From a virus (lineage: Duplodnaviria; Caudoviricetes), in IMG/VR virus record IMGVR_UViG_3300029319_000001: a stretch of 64,000 nt of DNA; one strand, given 5' to 3'. The first letter of the stretch is position 1, and the number at the start of each line of letters is the position of its first letter. The notes beneath the pieces are model-generated. The model did not search any database, was not told where the DNA came from, and saw nothing but the letters and a program-made list of their open reading frames with translations. Of the stretch, positions 47,101-57,400 are shown in pieces. The position numbers and the translations under genes are program-made.

Positions 47101-50100
47101 ATGTTAATGACATTGATAAAGGAACAGGTCTTATTACTGTAAAACATTTCTTCTCTAATACAGAAAAAGTAAGTTACCTTCCCGATTCTAATATTGTTGG
47201 ACTTGCTGCAAGTGCTTTAGAATATTCTACTGGATATGGATCAACTGTTCTTCCAAGTGAGTGTTTTATTGTTAAGTCTAATAACAACCAATTCTTTATC
47301 TCTACATCAATTCAAGATGCTAGAATTGGTAAGGGAGTTACCTTTGCACAAGATAAGGGTCAAGGTAACCTTCACAAGTTTACAATGGACAAGAGAGATT
47401 CTAAGTCTATAATTTCTCTCAACGGATTAGTACAAAAACCACTTTCTCATACATCTATTACATATGAATTAGATACTGCTGTTAATGGTTTTGTTACTTG
47501 TTTTGCCTTAAGTGGTTTAAGCACAATTACCTCTGGTGATTTGTTAAGAATTGATGATGAGTATAGTATTGTTCAAACAGTTGGTTTTGGTAGTACACCT
47601 GCAGGACCTATAACTGGTATTGGAACTTGGAGTCTTGTTGAAGTTGAAAGAGGTACAGTTGGTAGTGCAGCAACAGTTCATTCTGCTGGATCAACTGCAA
47701 GAATTTATAGAGGTGCTTTCCAGATAGTCGATAGTGATGTATATTTCACTAATGCTCCTCTTGGTGGCGACTTAGGTTTGATTGATCCAAGTAATCTTCC
47801 TTATCCTAGAGCATCATTTGGTGGAAGAACTTACTTAAGACAAGACTATAGCACTAACCAAATATTCGATGATAACTCAGATCAGTTTGATGGTTTAGAA
47901 AATATATTCCCATTAACTTCTACAGGTGTTGCTGTAACTGGTATTGGTTCAACTGGTGGTAATGGAGTTCTGTTTATTAACAGTATGTTCCAAGCACCAT
48001 TTGGTGAGAACAATGAAGGTGTTGCAAACTTTAAGATTATTGAACAAAGTCTTGGTGGTATTGCTAGTGTTAACTATACAGGTATTACTTCGTTTGGATT
48101 CACGGATCTAATAATTGATGAGGGAGATGTTAACCAAAATCAACTACCTAGAGGTGGCATCATAGTTTCTGTTGCATCTACACCAGGTCAAGGTTATGCT
48201 CCATTTAAAGGTGCTAAGGTTAGGGTAACTACTGGAAAAGATGGTGCTATCACAGGCATTACTGGTATATCAACAACTAGAGAGTTTATAGATGTTGAAA
48301 GTGTAGATTATGATAAGATAACTGGACTTGCAACTGTATCTACTACAAAAGTACATAGATTTGGAGTTGAAGATTTTGCTAAGTTAGTTGGTTTAGAATT
48401 TACTTGTCCTACTTCTGGTTACCCATCAGGAATAACGACCCTTGGCATTACATCATTTGTATATGATCATCTTGTTGGTATTGCTACAATAATTACAGAC
48501 TCTACACATGGATTTACTGATCCAAACTTAGTAGGTATAGTAACTGATGGATTGACATTTACTTGTGATATGGATGGTTATAGAACAAATCATACATATC
48601 CAAGATCTACTGATCCTGCAAATAATAAGTTCTTAGAAATTAGGAATGTAACTAGAGATGAATTTGATGTAAATGTAGGTATATCAACTCAAGTAAGATA
48701 TACTCCAGTGGATGCTGTTTATGATGCTGTTGCTGGTATTATGACAGTGACTATTGGATCACACAATATAATGTCTGGAACCAGTATTAAGATTGATCAA
48801 GAATCAATTAATTTCCAGTGTGCAATGGATGGTCTTTCTACAACTAAGTCATATCCTAGAACAACTGATCCATATTTTGATAGAGCAATCTCAGTTGCAT
48901 CTACTACTGCAACAGGTATTGCTATAACTGTAGGAACTTCTCCTATCGTTAATTACAGTATTACTACTGCAACTTACAATCCATCAACAGGTATTGTAAC
49001 TGCTACTATTGGACAACATCCTCTTAAAGATGGAACCTCTATTAAGTTAAAAGAGGGTTCTCTAATCTTTAGATGTGAAACTGACAATTATATTTCAACT
49101 CATACATATCCACGCAATATTATTGATACTCAAACCATTAACGGTGCTGAATATGATGCAACTGCTGGTATTATGACAGTTACTGTTGTACCTGGTGGTC
49201 GTCTAATACATGATGGAGATTTTGTAAGATTTGATAATGATTCTATTAGATTTACTTGTGATATGGATGGTGGAACATCTACTAAGTCTTATCCAAGATC
49301 TACCGATCCTTATAGTGGAAAGTGGGTACCAATCACAGGAATAGGAACTACTTCATTTGCTGTTAATGTAGGTAAGTCACCCATACAACCTTTTGCTATT
49401 TCTAGTGCTATCTACGATCCTACTGCTGGTATTGTAACGGTCAGCATACCTGATCATGAATTTATGACTGGTACTAGCATAAGAATCTCTCCTTATTCAT
49501 TAGCATTTAGATGTGGTCTTGATACTTATCAAAGTATTCATAGGTATCCTAGAACAACTGATACTGTTGGTTATAATACTGCAGTCTCTATTGCTTCTAC
49601 AACGGTAGATACTATTTCATTCCAGATACTTCCAAGTCAACCATCAAGTAATGTATCAACTCACCATCATGTTCCAAATGATAAATTAACACCAATTAAT
49701 GCATCATATGATCCTGTTGTAGGAATCATGACTGTTACATCTAATAATCATGGACTCTATAATGGTGATTATGTGAAGTTTGATGATGGGTCTGTCAACT
49801 TTACATGCACTAGAGATAATAATCAAAAAGTTTGTGGATATCCTAGACCAAAAGATCCTTATCACAATACATGGGTTAAAGTATCTAATGTAACAACTAA
49901 TACTTTCAGAGTCAATGTTGGAAAGTCATATGATACTGCTACACATACTTTTGTATCGGGAACAACTGATAGTATTACTAGATCTGTAATAGTAGGTGGT
50001 GGTGCATATAATCATACTTTTGTTAGTGCTGGTGTCGGTAGTATGGATCAAAAGCGTGATAGAACATTTGATCAACCAGTTAAGATTACTGCTGGATATA

Positions 50101-52847
50101 CTTTAGATACTGCAGAAGATATCGTTTATGATCCTGTTGCTGGTATCATGACAGTAACTGCTGCTGCTCATGGAATGATGAACGGCGACTATGTTCTTAT
50201 CGAAAATAATTCAATTAAACTTGAGTGTTCACAAGATAACTATGTTACACCTCATCTATATCCAAGAATTACTGATCCAATTAGCGGTGATTGGGTATCA
50301 GTCGCAAGTACAACAGTCAATACATTTGCAATAGATGTTGGTAAAACTAATACTGGTGATCAATATGTTCATAGATTTGCTGGTGCAGTGCCCAATGGCA
50401 TTAGAAAACAAAATGGAACTATTACTTTCCAAGCAGGTATTTCAACTGATACAAGTGAACATCGTTATGATATCATGGCAGGTCATGAAGCATCTAACGC
50501 AATAATTAGCGGTGGAAACTATGCTCATACTTTTGCTAGTGCATCAACTGGAGCAATTAGAACTGGTGGTGGATTTGAACATAGATTTGTAAGTGCTGCT
50601 TCTAGCACTCTCTATGTTGATTCTTGGACAGGTGCTGCTCTAACTGTATCAAATGCAGTGTACAATCCTGAGACAGGTATTGTTAGGTTTACTGCTAAGA
50701 ATCATGGATTGGTTGCTCCAGAAAGTTTAAAACTAAGAGGCATTGGTGTTACTTGTGCATATGGTGCTAAAACATATCCAAATGATAAAACTGGTTTCTT
50801 CTTCAAGGTTAGATCTGTTGGAACTACAACATCATTTGAAACATTCGTTGGAGTTTCTACCTTACAGCATGATTATACTGGTGGTGGAGTGGTACAGGTT
50901 GGTGTTACAAGTAATCTATTCCCAAGTTTTGACGAAGCATATCCTATTGCAGGTATTGTTTCTGCTCGTACATTTGAGGTAAATGTTGGACCTAACACAA
51001 TTGGACATACTTATGTTCAAGGTGGTACGGTTGCTGAATGGTATCCTCTATCTTATGGTTCTGGATATAGAACTGGATTAGGAACTATTGGTATTGGAAT
51101 ATCATCTCCAACTAAAGGAGTCAATGCTGAACTAACTGCAATAGTTGGTGCTGGTGGATCTTTGATATTCAGTATTGGTGCTGGTGGAACTGGATACACT
51201 GGTGAGTATGATCAAGTCTTTGCTCCAGAACCAAACGGAGAAAACTTACCTATTGTTGGAATATCTAGAATCGGTGGTGGAACAGAAACTGGTGTTGGTT
51301 GTTCTGTTAGTGTTGAAATTTCTGGTATTAGTACAACTACTGGTATTGGATCAACTTTAGCTGAAGTTTCTGGATGGGAGTTTAGTAAGAAAGGATATGG
51401 ATTTAAGAGAGGAGATGTATTTACTGTTGCTGGTCTTTCTACAGATCCTAATGCAGGTGATAACTTTAGAAACTTTGAGTTAGAAGTTGTAGAAGTATTT
51501 ACTGATGATGTTGCTTCTTGGCAGTTTGGTAATATTGATTATATTGACAATATAAAACCAAATCAAAATGGAAGCAATAAGAGATTCCCATTATATTATC
51601 AATCACAGTTAGTTAGTTTTGAGATTGATAGAAACGATCAAGATTCTAGTGAAATTGATTTATCTACTGTTTTATTAGTATTCATTAACGGAGTAGTTCA
51701 AGAACCAAATGTTAATTACATATTTACTGGTGGTTCAGTAATTGAATTCTCTAGTGCTCCAACTAAAACTGATGATGTTGTCATATTCTTCTATAGAGGA
51801 ACAATAGGTCAAGACAGTTTCATTTTTGATATTAATGAAACTATTAAAACTGGTGATACCTTAAGATTAGATAAGAGTGCTGAACTACAATTTAATAGGG
51901 TAGATAAAGATCAGTCAAACTTTACTCAACTTGAAGATAGAATTATCAAGAGGATTGATAGTGCTTCTACAGTAGAAACTCCATTCTATCAAGGTCCAGG
52001 TGTCAGCAATGATAATTTTAAACCTATGACATGGACTAAGCAAAAGGGAGATAGAGTTATTGACGGTACTGTAGTTTCTAAAGCAAGAGATTCATATGTA
52101 TCTCAAATAAATCCTACTGCAAATATTATTGGAGTTCTTACTTCAACAGATAATTTTGTATTTGTTGACACTGTTGGTAACTTTAGAGATACTGATAATC
52201 AATTAACAGAATCATTTGGATTACTTGCTATTGCTCCTGTTGGATTTGGTACAACAGCATCTACTGGAATTAACTTTGAGAATATATCTGGTGTTGAACC
52301 ATTAGTTGCTGATGTTGCTGGATATATAGGTGTGGTTACTGGTATAGGAACTACTGCTGGTATTGGTACTGACTTAGCACTTGAGGTTTTATTTGATAAT
52401 CAAGAATATGTTAATGCAGGTAATGATGCAACAGGATTCTCAACAAATTATCCATTCAAATTATATGGAACAGGTATCAATACAGCAGGAATTGCAATAA
52501 CGAGTATTGATACACATGATACTGATATAGTTTCTATCAGCACACATTATGGAGATAATATTTACTATGCGAGTGCCATTAGTTATCGTAATGGTGGTCG
52601 TCAGGGTATTATCACTGCTAACATAGCATCATATACTGACACAAGTGATATGGTTGGTGTAGGATCCACAGGATTTGCTTACGCTCACTTTACTTGGGGA
52701 AGATTTGGTAATGTAACCAGAGCTGCTAATGCTATTGAATTAGATGTTAAAGGACTACCTTATGATAGTCAACTTAGCAACTTCCCTCTAGTTATTAGAA
52801 GGGGCGTAGGGCATAGAGGAACTGGATCTCTGCCCAAACTTCTATAA
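38196..52847 (+). CDS. gp7: Giant baseplate wedge initiator gp7 (4883 aa)
   Basis: Between gp6 and gp8; N-terminal PEF...F..FL.QYY and FIK..R.LYESKGT..SFKILF motifs. Confidence 0.8.
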   Translation: MIETYSPLSPRVKTYQVVSEIIPEFAKSENPLFEKFLRQYYISQDFQGGPADIAENIDAYIQVDNLTTDVIRGSTTLVGTISSTDTTVTVDSTDGYPQKYGLFKIDDEIFSYAGITTNSFTDVWRGFSGISTFTKQNDPEELVWENTVAGVHTSGANVQNLSSLFLKEFYRNLKAMYAPGLEGVTLSPQLDVSNFIKEARSLYESKGTNASFKILFKALFGVDPKINDLEKFLIKPSFANYLRRKTVSVELISGNPQALVGQTLFQDNDPTNPELNAASGPISEVSLIRDDYFKLSLFTGFDERGLTDGTFYVPGRSQNIGTIGIGASVITVDSTIGFSSIGTIKVGEIGTSFYQTFDYDAKSINQFFNVSPPVSVPIPNNSTVSTFNIVYGYEEGDPTRKVEMRLTGVLSEFNTARPLRNLKSTSDIKVKNLGRYVANPNINKSYEEVFFNSWVYNTSTRYQISNFSGSTFILLGDIQKSSLKVGDKVELLRRNSELVVAPLLTVVSIDATAKSVGVDGTLGTLDPLLFYDFRRLQNKVKSSIVPVRGGQDQLLTDINNTYIVDESKSASSKREGFVASSSLPSYTIISDKIHAELINPSFAGGNWEGYDSVENRYSIIAFPTNVPFETGDEIIYAPAPGTEVIGALDAPTYFVEVLSAKNKIKLYRSRSFIKANLPSFFTAPTSATGTHDFILASQGKREIFPARPIRRFILEQQLKSGKEGQTTSELTVDGNTAMLVNGIEVLNYKGADSLFYGPVKTLNVLNSGFDYDVQAPPNINISDETVSVANTAGAVPVLSGIVTSVVIDPFDYDLEKVISVEIYGGNGSGAVGRALLEERFRQVYFNGISTSLQGNVSGTYNSFNLDKAHNFITGDRLVYDNNGGDNLGIATTGGIADSLTLFSGQDYYINVINETDFTLHNNKQDSIVGVNTILIDENAALLNGGLHIFRTFDKRLTISRISLENSGSGYANRTLLIKPVGINTFNDSIEFVDHGLTDGEVVEYENGANAIVTGLSTTKQYKVLKIDKDKFRLAEAGNKGDRETLDTNYNNRQNVYLDSVGAGSGYHTIKYPPIVCKVKVLTKNQQQEEPTATPVVRGQIDDILIYDHGANYGSKILNFPNPPIVNIPTGQLGQIGLVVSNGTITDAFVANGGSGYVGPPDLTVVSAATTATGAILRSIVNDAGKITDVKVISGGIGYAATNTSVNVTPVGQEFKAEATVRSLTVNKAYRLDSPELDFLQPIGEGLAVNVVGYGNSIRNFFDDDGTGHSPIIGWAYDGNPIYGAYGLVEIDNIQSDVKKMESSYEISATNISNRPPSAEYPYGYFVDDYVYTGNGDLDEHNGRFTKTPDFPEGCYAYFSTIDNLNNPQFPFFVGNTYRSFAIEENTINGKLLDQTTFEFSTSDLIRNTQPYNLFGDNVSYDYVFQPYRVNNQVSNPSSLLQGPVESINIVNKGSGYSIGEKLVFDTTGTGGVGLDAEVSKLHGKPIDNISSSVTTLSNLPIEHTRDGVVFKVTPYHEFDAENTVNVLGISTYIKNLEGFKKIAVAGYGASLTDDGYTGIITDIRVNFIAPNVAVGDSIGIGTETARILDFFPSEKILRIERYAGFTTAAVGAAVTYFTSEFTVPVETDPFNSKFQSLIYFNPKEAVGVGTTVGISTTVNVSLNGVTKQRSILAQTLHLPNHGLKTNVKVTFDKRGNTDLFVTDSISPYTAPSALSGDFYVINNTPNTIGLKTNTEGPALFFTTTGDDKANYSLVTNYKQETATVRRSQVTIQTTVDHGLEENDRFDLIVKTGLTTGIGTSTRATVKLIDGYTVINPLDIPTSGVNTTTGIFTIEDHALETGFKVLMYGAGGIPSQLPSGLEQRTYFVLKIDADTFQLANTEKQLRADPPELVSFVSVGHTGQSINPINPPVTVFRENNIVFDLNDTSLLGSKLKLFYDRNYFNEYVGTGSTSNLEVVGFGTVGIGTTNPDTMPYKQVNFSDSLKDTIYYAIEKGGYITTSETDVVNGNEIKYKDSGFNGKGYIATGVAGTVFTANIGAEPEKDHYTQDDCAELYYSHTGAAATGGVSKIKIINGGFGFQRLPAVTSIGSSGISAELELFGSNINLLDEVSVPTDVFGYPSDNTLKPDAFLPRILLIKNANKVLSAKVTFGGRSYLNAPSLVVFDQTTGEIITNGLLVAELSDTAVNRVNVVVEPRGLTGNDYGIAPLRNSNGISVLEAVSDVGILTCKITTPVLGYDVEPFQTGDIVYLEGIDYTPGSGDGFNSGDYKFIDFAIADYNSATNPREVTFTYTGLTTNPGIGATVVPGFGQIVKSEDLARFEATKSFSEFRSNEPLRRNNDLFTDLIMTDIDVNAGIMVVSGSLNLQVDDKLLGTNSGDVCEVQAITEFDGYFEISPTIDTNVGWSDNIGLIGDNNQFLPDNDYYQNMSYAIESEKTYEELVTYVNDIVHPAGFKNFANTQILATGNAGETFIPAKDAGGLVLDFINDPLRVDAIYNFDVARDANSADNLSKFIEIEQTRLADFILCKTNRVLLHDDISPQFISNESNDLSDSRVIAATVAGRYFSRYLVQTIHDAQDPLKNHYQLNELILITCNEDTYLVQKSALNNTNQVGLATGYGEFFAQFNVNNGQTQVRIKPYEPFDTNYDIKAFQQGFADSVGTGQTELGNAEVRSVNASVGTGTTTEIVGINTVNLAGYHAHIVVVNKNDNKVDYHELVGQHDGVDTYLTEVGSFNTRQSLGGLSSPQFMGTFTSAIESGVVKLKYVHSEAQAVDVKCKFLSFNPVGYGTTSVKHFNIPFTPEGSERSGRIVVGSSATTGIATVCGITSFTDLSFKSTVSVSYGSTQTFHQIYVLSDPNKADTFLSQGPIAAVGTTTGIGTFGAEFSGSNVNLEFYPDSGVTGIVSIFSYNEIIYKQNDPNGLLAGIGSFNYGQVFENQTQNTYLGINNRNIRKFGLKYQNTPIYQRAINPENVNDIDKGTGLITVKHFFSNTEKVSYLPDSNIVGLAASALEYSTGYGSTVLPSECFIVKSNNNQFFISTSIQDARIGKGVTFAQDKGQGNLHKFTMDKRDSKSIISLNGLVQKPLSHTSITYELDTAVNGFVTCFALSGLSTITSGDLLRIDDEYSIVQTVGFGSTPAGPITGIGTWSLVEVERGTVGSAATVHSAGSTARIYRGAFQIVDSDVYFTNAPLGGDLGLIDPSNLPYPRASFGGRTYLRQDYSTNQIFDDNSDQFDGLENIFPLTSTGVAVTGIGSTGGNGVLFINSMFQAPFGENNEGVANFKIIEQSLGGIASVNYTGITSFGFTDLIIDEGDVNQNQLPRGGIIVSVASTPGQGYAPFKGAKVRVTTGKDGAITGITGISTTREFIDVESVDYDKITGLATVSTTKVHRFGVEDFAKLVGLEFTCPTSGYPSGITTLGITSFVYDHLVGIATIITDSTHGFTDPNLVGIVTDGLTFTCDMDGYRTNHTYPRSTDPANNKFLEIRNVTRDEFDVNVGISTQVRYTPVDAVYDAVAGIMTVTIGSHNIMSGTSIKIDQESINFQCAMDGLSTTKSYPRTTDPYFDRAISVASTTATGIAITVGTSPIVNYSITTATYNPSTGIVTATIGQHPLKDGTSIKLKEGSLIFRCETDNYISTHTYPRNIIDTQTINGAEYDATAGIMTVTVVPGGRLIHDGDFVRFDNDSIRFTCDMDGGTSTKSYPRSTDPYSGKWVPITGIGTTSFAVNVGKSPIQPFAISSAIYDPTAGIVTVSIPDHEFMTGTSIRISPYSLAFRCGLDTYQSIHRYPRTTDTVGYNTAVSIASTTVDTISFQILPSQPSSNVSTHHHVPNDKLTPINASYDPVVGIMTVTSNNHGLYNGDYVKFDDGSVNFTCTRDNNQKVCGYPRPKDPYHNTWVKVSNVTTNTFRVNVGKSYDTATHTFVSGTTDSITRSVIVGGGAYNHTFVSAGVGSMDQKRDRTFDQPVKITAGYTLDTAEDIVYDPVAGIMTVTAAAHGMMNGDYVLIENNSIKLECSQDNYVTPHLYPRITDPISGDWVSVASTTVNTFAIDVGKTNTGDQYVHRFAGAVPNGIRKQNGTITFQAGISTDTSEHRYDIMAGHEASNAIISGGNYAHTFASASTGAIRTGGGFEHRFVSAASSTLYVDSWTGAALTVSNAVYNPETGIVRFTAKNHGLVAPESLKLRGIGVTCAYGAKTYPNDKTGFFFKVRSVGTTTSFETFVGVSTLQHDYTGGGVVQVGVTSNLFPSFDEAYPIAGIVSARTFEVNVGPNTIGHTYVQGGTVAEWYPLSYGSGYRTGLGTIGIGISSPTKGVNAELTAIVGAGGSLIFSIGAGGTGYTGEYDQVFAPEPNGENLPIVGISRIGGGTETGVGCSVSVEISGISTTTGIGSTLAEVSGWEFSKKGYGFKRGDVFTVAGLSTDPNAGDNFRNFELEVVEVFTDDVASWQFGNIDYIDNIKPNQNGSNKRFPLYYQSQLVSFEIDRNDQDSSEIDLSTVLLVFINGVVQEPNVNYIFTGGSVIEFSSAPTKTDDVVIFFYRGTIGQDSFIFDINETIKTGDTLRLDKSAELQFNRVDKDQSNFTQLEDRIIKRIDSASTVETPFYQGPGVSNDNFKPMTWTKQKGDRVIDGTVVSKARDSYVSQINPTANIIGVLTSTDNFVFVDTVGNFRDTDNQLTESFGLLAIAPVGFGTTASTGINFENISGVEPLVADVAGYIGVVTGIGTTAGIGTDLALEVLFDNQEYVNAGNDATGFSTNYPFKLYGTGINTAGIAITSIDTHDTDIVSISTHYGDNIYYASAISYRNGGRQGIITANIASYTDTSDMVGVGSTGFAYAHFTWGRFGNVTRAANAIELDVKGLPYDSQLSNFPLVIRRGVGHRGTGSLPKLL
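48294..51030 (+). repeat. About nine 80-90-aa internal domain repeats in gp7
   Basis: Y-D/N-x3-G-I-x-T-V-T...H...G...F-x-C...YPR..DP...V...T..F..NVG pattern. Confidence 0.85.
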
Positions 52848-52850
52848 ATA
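52843..52850 (+). promoter_or_regulatory. T4 late promoter
   Basis: TATAAATA upstream of gp8. Confidence 0.8.
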
Positions 52851-52883
52851 CAAAAAAGTTAGACCTTTAGTGCTACAGATGTA

Positions 52884-54455
52884 ATGGCCGCAATTATCAC
52901 AGATCAATTTAGAATAATAAATGCTAATAATTTCGTTGACTCCGTAATTAGTGGTGATAACTCCTATTATACTTTTTTAGGTCTGGCTAATCCAACAGAA
53001 ACTGGATACGGAAGAACGAGTACATGGAACAGTACAACTGTTGAACCACCATCACCAACAGATAGTGTTAGTTACATAAATCATGTATATGATACTATGA
53101 TGTTTGGTAGAAAAGTTTTACCTGGTGATGTTCGTAGATTAGTAAGAAAAACTCAATGGACAAAAGGTACATCATATGATATGTACCGTCATGATTATGA
53201 TGTAACTAATAGGTCACTAGTTTCTAACTCTAGTAGACTATATTCTGCAAACTATTATGTAATCAATAAAGACTTCAGAGTTTATATTTGTATTGATAAT
53301 GGATCTGCAGGTATTACATCTACCGCAGGTGCATCACTTGATGAACCTACATTTACTGATCTTGAACCATCTGCTGCTGGTGTTAGTGGTGATGGTTATT
53401 TGTGGAAGTATCTATTTACAGTTCCTCCTGCTGATATTGTTAAGTTTGACTCTACTGAGTATGTTGCTGTTCCTAATGAATGGTCAACAAGCACTGAGAA
53501 TGAGATTAAAGTGGTTCGAGATAATGGAGACTCTACAGTAAATAATAATCAAATTAAAGTTGTTTCTATTGATGCTCAAGGTGAAGGTTATTCTTTCCTT
53601 GCATCTCCGATAGAAGTTGATATACTAGGTGATGGAACTGGGGGTAAAGTCCGAGTTCAGACGAATACCAATGGTCAAATAATTTACGCAAAAGTTACTG
53701 CAGGAGGGCAAGGTTACAGTTTTGGTAGGGTTGATCTTTCTTCTATTAATGGTAGTGCTACAAAGTTTGCTAAATTAACACCTATTATTCCTCCTTCTAG
53801 AGGTCATGGATTTGATCTTTATAAAGAATTAGGAACTGATAAAGTTTTAATTTACACTAGATTTGATAACTCTACATATGATTTTATTTCTGATACAATA
53901 TTCTCTCAAGTAGGAGTTGTTAAAAATCCTGTTGCTTCAGGTGCTGGATCTACTTCAGTTCTTAATACATCAGAATTTTCCGCAGCTAATTCTATGAAAT
54001 TTACAGGAGATCTAACACAGACTCTTGTAGTTGGTGCAGAGATAACACAAAACATACCTGGCGTTGGAACTGCCAGAGGTTATGTTGCTTCATATGATGT
54101 GACTACAGCTGTGATCAAATATTTCCAAGATAGAAATCTTTATCTTCATCCTTCGTTATATGATCAAACTGATAACATAGGTGTTGGTGGAGATGCAAAA
54201 GTTCTTGATTTTACTGCTGCTGGAGATGCTATCACCTCTGGTGCATTTAGTGTAAACATAGATGGAGGTTTTTCAGGAATCTCAACAACTACACCATCTG
54301 GTAAAGTTGTAGATCTCGGTGTACAGTTTACAAGTGGTCTCGCTGGACCTGAGATAAATAAAAGAACAGGTGAGATTATTTACCTTGATAATAGACCATC
54401 TATTACAAGAAATGAACGCCAAAAAGAAGACATCAAAATCGTATTAGAATTCTAA
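52884..54455 (+). CDS. gp8: Baseplate wedge subunit gp8
   Basis: MAAIITDQFRI, W..GTSYDMYRHDY, DGYLWKYLF, GEIIYLDNR..I.R...QKEDIKIVLEF. Confidence 0.9.
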   Translation: MAAIITDQFRIINANNFVDSVISGDNSYYTFLGLANPTETGYGRTSTWNSTTVEPPSPTDSVSYINHVYDTMMFGRKVLPGDVRRLVRKTQWTKGTSYDMYRHDYDVTNRSLVSNSSRLYSANYYVINKDFRVYICIDNGSAGITSTAGASLDEPTFTDLEPSAAGVSGDGYLWKYLFTVPPADIVKFDSTEYVAVPNEWSTSTENEIKVVRDNGDSTVNNNQIKVVSIDAQGEGYSFLASPIEVDILGDGTGGKVRVQTNTNGQIIYAKVTAGGQGYSFGRVDLSSINGSATKFAKLTPIIPPSRGHGFDLYKELGTDKVLIYTRFDNSTYDFISDTIFSQVGVVKNPVASGAGSTSVLNTSEFSAANSMKFTGDLTQTLVVGAEITQNIPGVGTARGYVASYDVTTAVIKYFQDRNLYLHPSLYDQTDNIGVGGDAKVLDFTAAGDAITSGAFSVNIDGGFSGISTTTPSGKVVDLGVQFTSGLAGPEINKRTGEIIYLDNRPSITRNERQKEDIKIVLEF

Positions 54456-54459
54456 GAAG

Positions 54460-57400
54460 ATGCCACAACAGACCAATCTTAATGTAAGTCCCTATTACGA
54501 CGATTTTGATCCTAGTAAAGGTTATCATCGTGTCTTGTTTAAACCTGGTTTTCCAGTCCAAGCTAGGGAACTATCTACTTTGCAATCTATTCTGCAAAAT
54601 CAGATAGAAACTTATGGTAGTCATATATTTAAAGAAGGTGCGTTAGTAATACCTGGTTCAACAACATTTGATGGAAATTATTTTGCTGTTCAAGTTAATC
54701 CAACACATTTAGGTACTGATGTTTCTGTATATGCTAATAATGTAATAGGAAAAAGATTTAAAGGACAAAATAGTGGAGTTACTGCAAAGGTAATTAATTA
54801 TATTACTGCTACTGAATCCGATAGAGATTACGATACTTTTTATGTAAAATATATTGATTCATCTAGTGATGGAGATTTTTCATTCTTCCAAGATGGTGAA
54901 GTCCTTGTTGCAGAAGAACCAATAACTTATGGTAATACAACAATCAATATTGGTGGAACTCTTGCATCTACAATTGCATTAAATGCATGTACTACAGGTT
55001 CTGCCTGTTCTATTGATGAGGGTGTATACTTTATCAGAGGAAATTTTGTAAGAGTAAATAAGCAAACAATTATATTAGACCAATATAATCAATCTCCATC
55101 TTATAGAATTGGACTTCAAGTTTTAGAAAGCACTGTTAGTGCAAAAGGAGATGAAAGTTTATATGATAACGCTAAAGGATTTTCTAACTTTGCTGCACCA
55201 GGTGCAGATAGATTACAAATAACACTTGTCTTATCAAAGAAAAATATTAATGATTTTGATGATACTGATTTTGTAGAAGTATTAAGAATTAAAGAAGGTC
55301 AAGTATTTTCATTAAACAGAGATAATGAATATAATAGAATAAGAGATTATTTTGCTAAAAGGACTTATGATGAGTCTGGAAATTATACTGTTAATCCATT
55401 TGGTATTAATGTTGCTGAGTCTCTTAATGATCGTCTTGGAAATGATGGTGTATATTTTAAAGGACAAACTACATTTGATAGCAATGAACCAGATGATGAT
55501 CTTGCATGTTTAAAGGTAACTGCTGGTAAAGCGTACATTTATGGATATGATGTTGATGTAACTACTCCACAAATAATTGATTTTGAGAAACCAAGATCAT
55601 TTGAAAGAGTTGAAAATCAATCATTTAATTTTGAAATGGGGAATAGATTCCTCGTTAATAATGTAAGTGGTATTACTACACTTACCGAAAGAATAGATTT
55701 AATGGGAGGTCCTATTGGTGGAAGTCTAAATGTTGCTGGTACTTCTCAAAAAATTGGTGATGCAAAAGTATATGGATTTTCTTTAAGAGATGCTGCATAT
55801 GAAAATAACGGAACTGATTGGAACTTATATCTTTATGATATTCAAACATATACATCATTACAATTAAATGATAATGTAAGTTCAGATGAACTTAACCAAT
55901 CTGGATTTATTGTTGGTAAAGAAAGTGGTGCTGAAGGATATGCAGTTTCTGCAGGTGCTGGATCTAGTAGTATACAAGTTACTCAGACTGCAGGAACATT
56001 TAGGAGAGGAGAAAAAATTAGTATTAATGGTGACGAAACAATATCAAGAACTATTGAAAAAGTAACTACCTTTGGTATTAATGATGTATATGAATTTGCA
56101 CAAAGTGGAAATAGTTTCACTGCTAGTAAAAAATTAAATCAAGTAATTCCAGTTGGTTTTGGTGCTGGTCAATTTAAAATTGCTGCTGATGGTACAGTTA
56201 CTTCACCAAGAGCAGATAGTTTCTTAATTTTCAAACCTGGCGATATATTTTCTTACGGTGCTGCTAATGATACTGCTGGTGCCTCTCTTAATGTTCCTAC
56301 TCGTAATGTAGTTCTAACAGTTGCTGCTGACGGACAACAGATGAAAGTCGGTACAATGACAACTGTTACTGATGTGTTTGATGGAGGAGTAAAAGCATTT
56401 GAGGGTATTGGATATAGAGGTGTACAAGATGTTTCCTTACAAAATTCATCTTTAATTTCTAGAATTCCAGACATAGGAGTCAATAATGTAGATTTCAGTG
56501 ATTCTACTTTATTCCTTAGTTCTCAAGTAACAAACGAAAGTAGTAATGCATTAGGTCAATTAGTTCTTCCAGTAACTTCAGTTGATCTTGACGATGTAAC
56601 TTTTGTTGCTTTTGATCAAGAAAGATATTCTGTTGCATATTCAAATGGAACTATACAATCTATTACTGAAGATCAAATCATAATAACTGGAAGTAGTATT
56701 ACAATATTTGGACTAACTCCAAATCAAACTAATATTAGGGTAAATGTAACTGTTCAAAAATCAAATATAAAAAACAAAGTCAAAGAATTTAAGAGATGTC
56801 AACAAACAGAAATTACTAGATCTGTAAATCGAAGATCTGGAACTAATCCTGGTACTAGTATTAATGATGGATTAAATCATAGTGCTCTATATGGAATTAG
56901 AGTTCAGGATAGAGAAATATGTTTAAATCATCCAGATGCTACTGATATTATTGCAGTCCTAGAATCATTAGACACTAACACACCTGTTCTTGATAAATTA
57001 ACATTTACATCTACTGATGATATTTTTACCGAAGCAATTATTGGTGAAAAAATTACAGGATCAGATAGTAAAGCAATTGCTAGAGTAATTTCTATTGATT
57101 CTGGTAATAATCAAATTAGTATAGTTTATCTTACTGATAATAAATTTACATTACTAGAAACACTAGATTTTGAAGAATCAAGTGCTACTGCTACAGTTCA
57201 AGCAACAACACCTGGTAAGTATAATGATATTACTAGCAGTTATTTGCTAGACAAAGGACAGAAAGATCAGTATTATGATTATTCTAAAATTGTTAGAAAT
57301 GCTGGAGCATTTGTTCCTCATAGAAAACTATTAATTATCTACAACAGATATGATGTTCCTAGTGGTGACACTGGAGATATATTTACTGTTAATAGTTACG

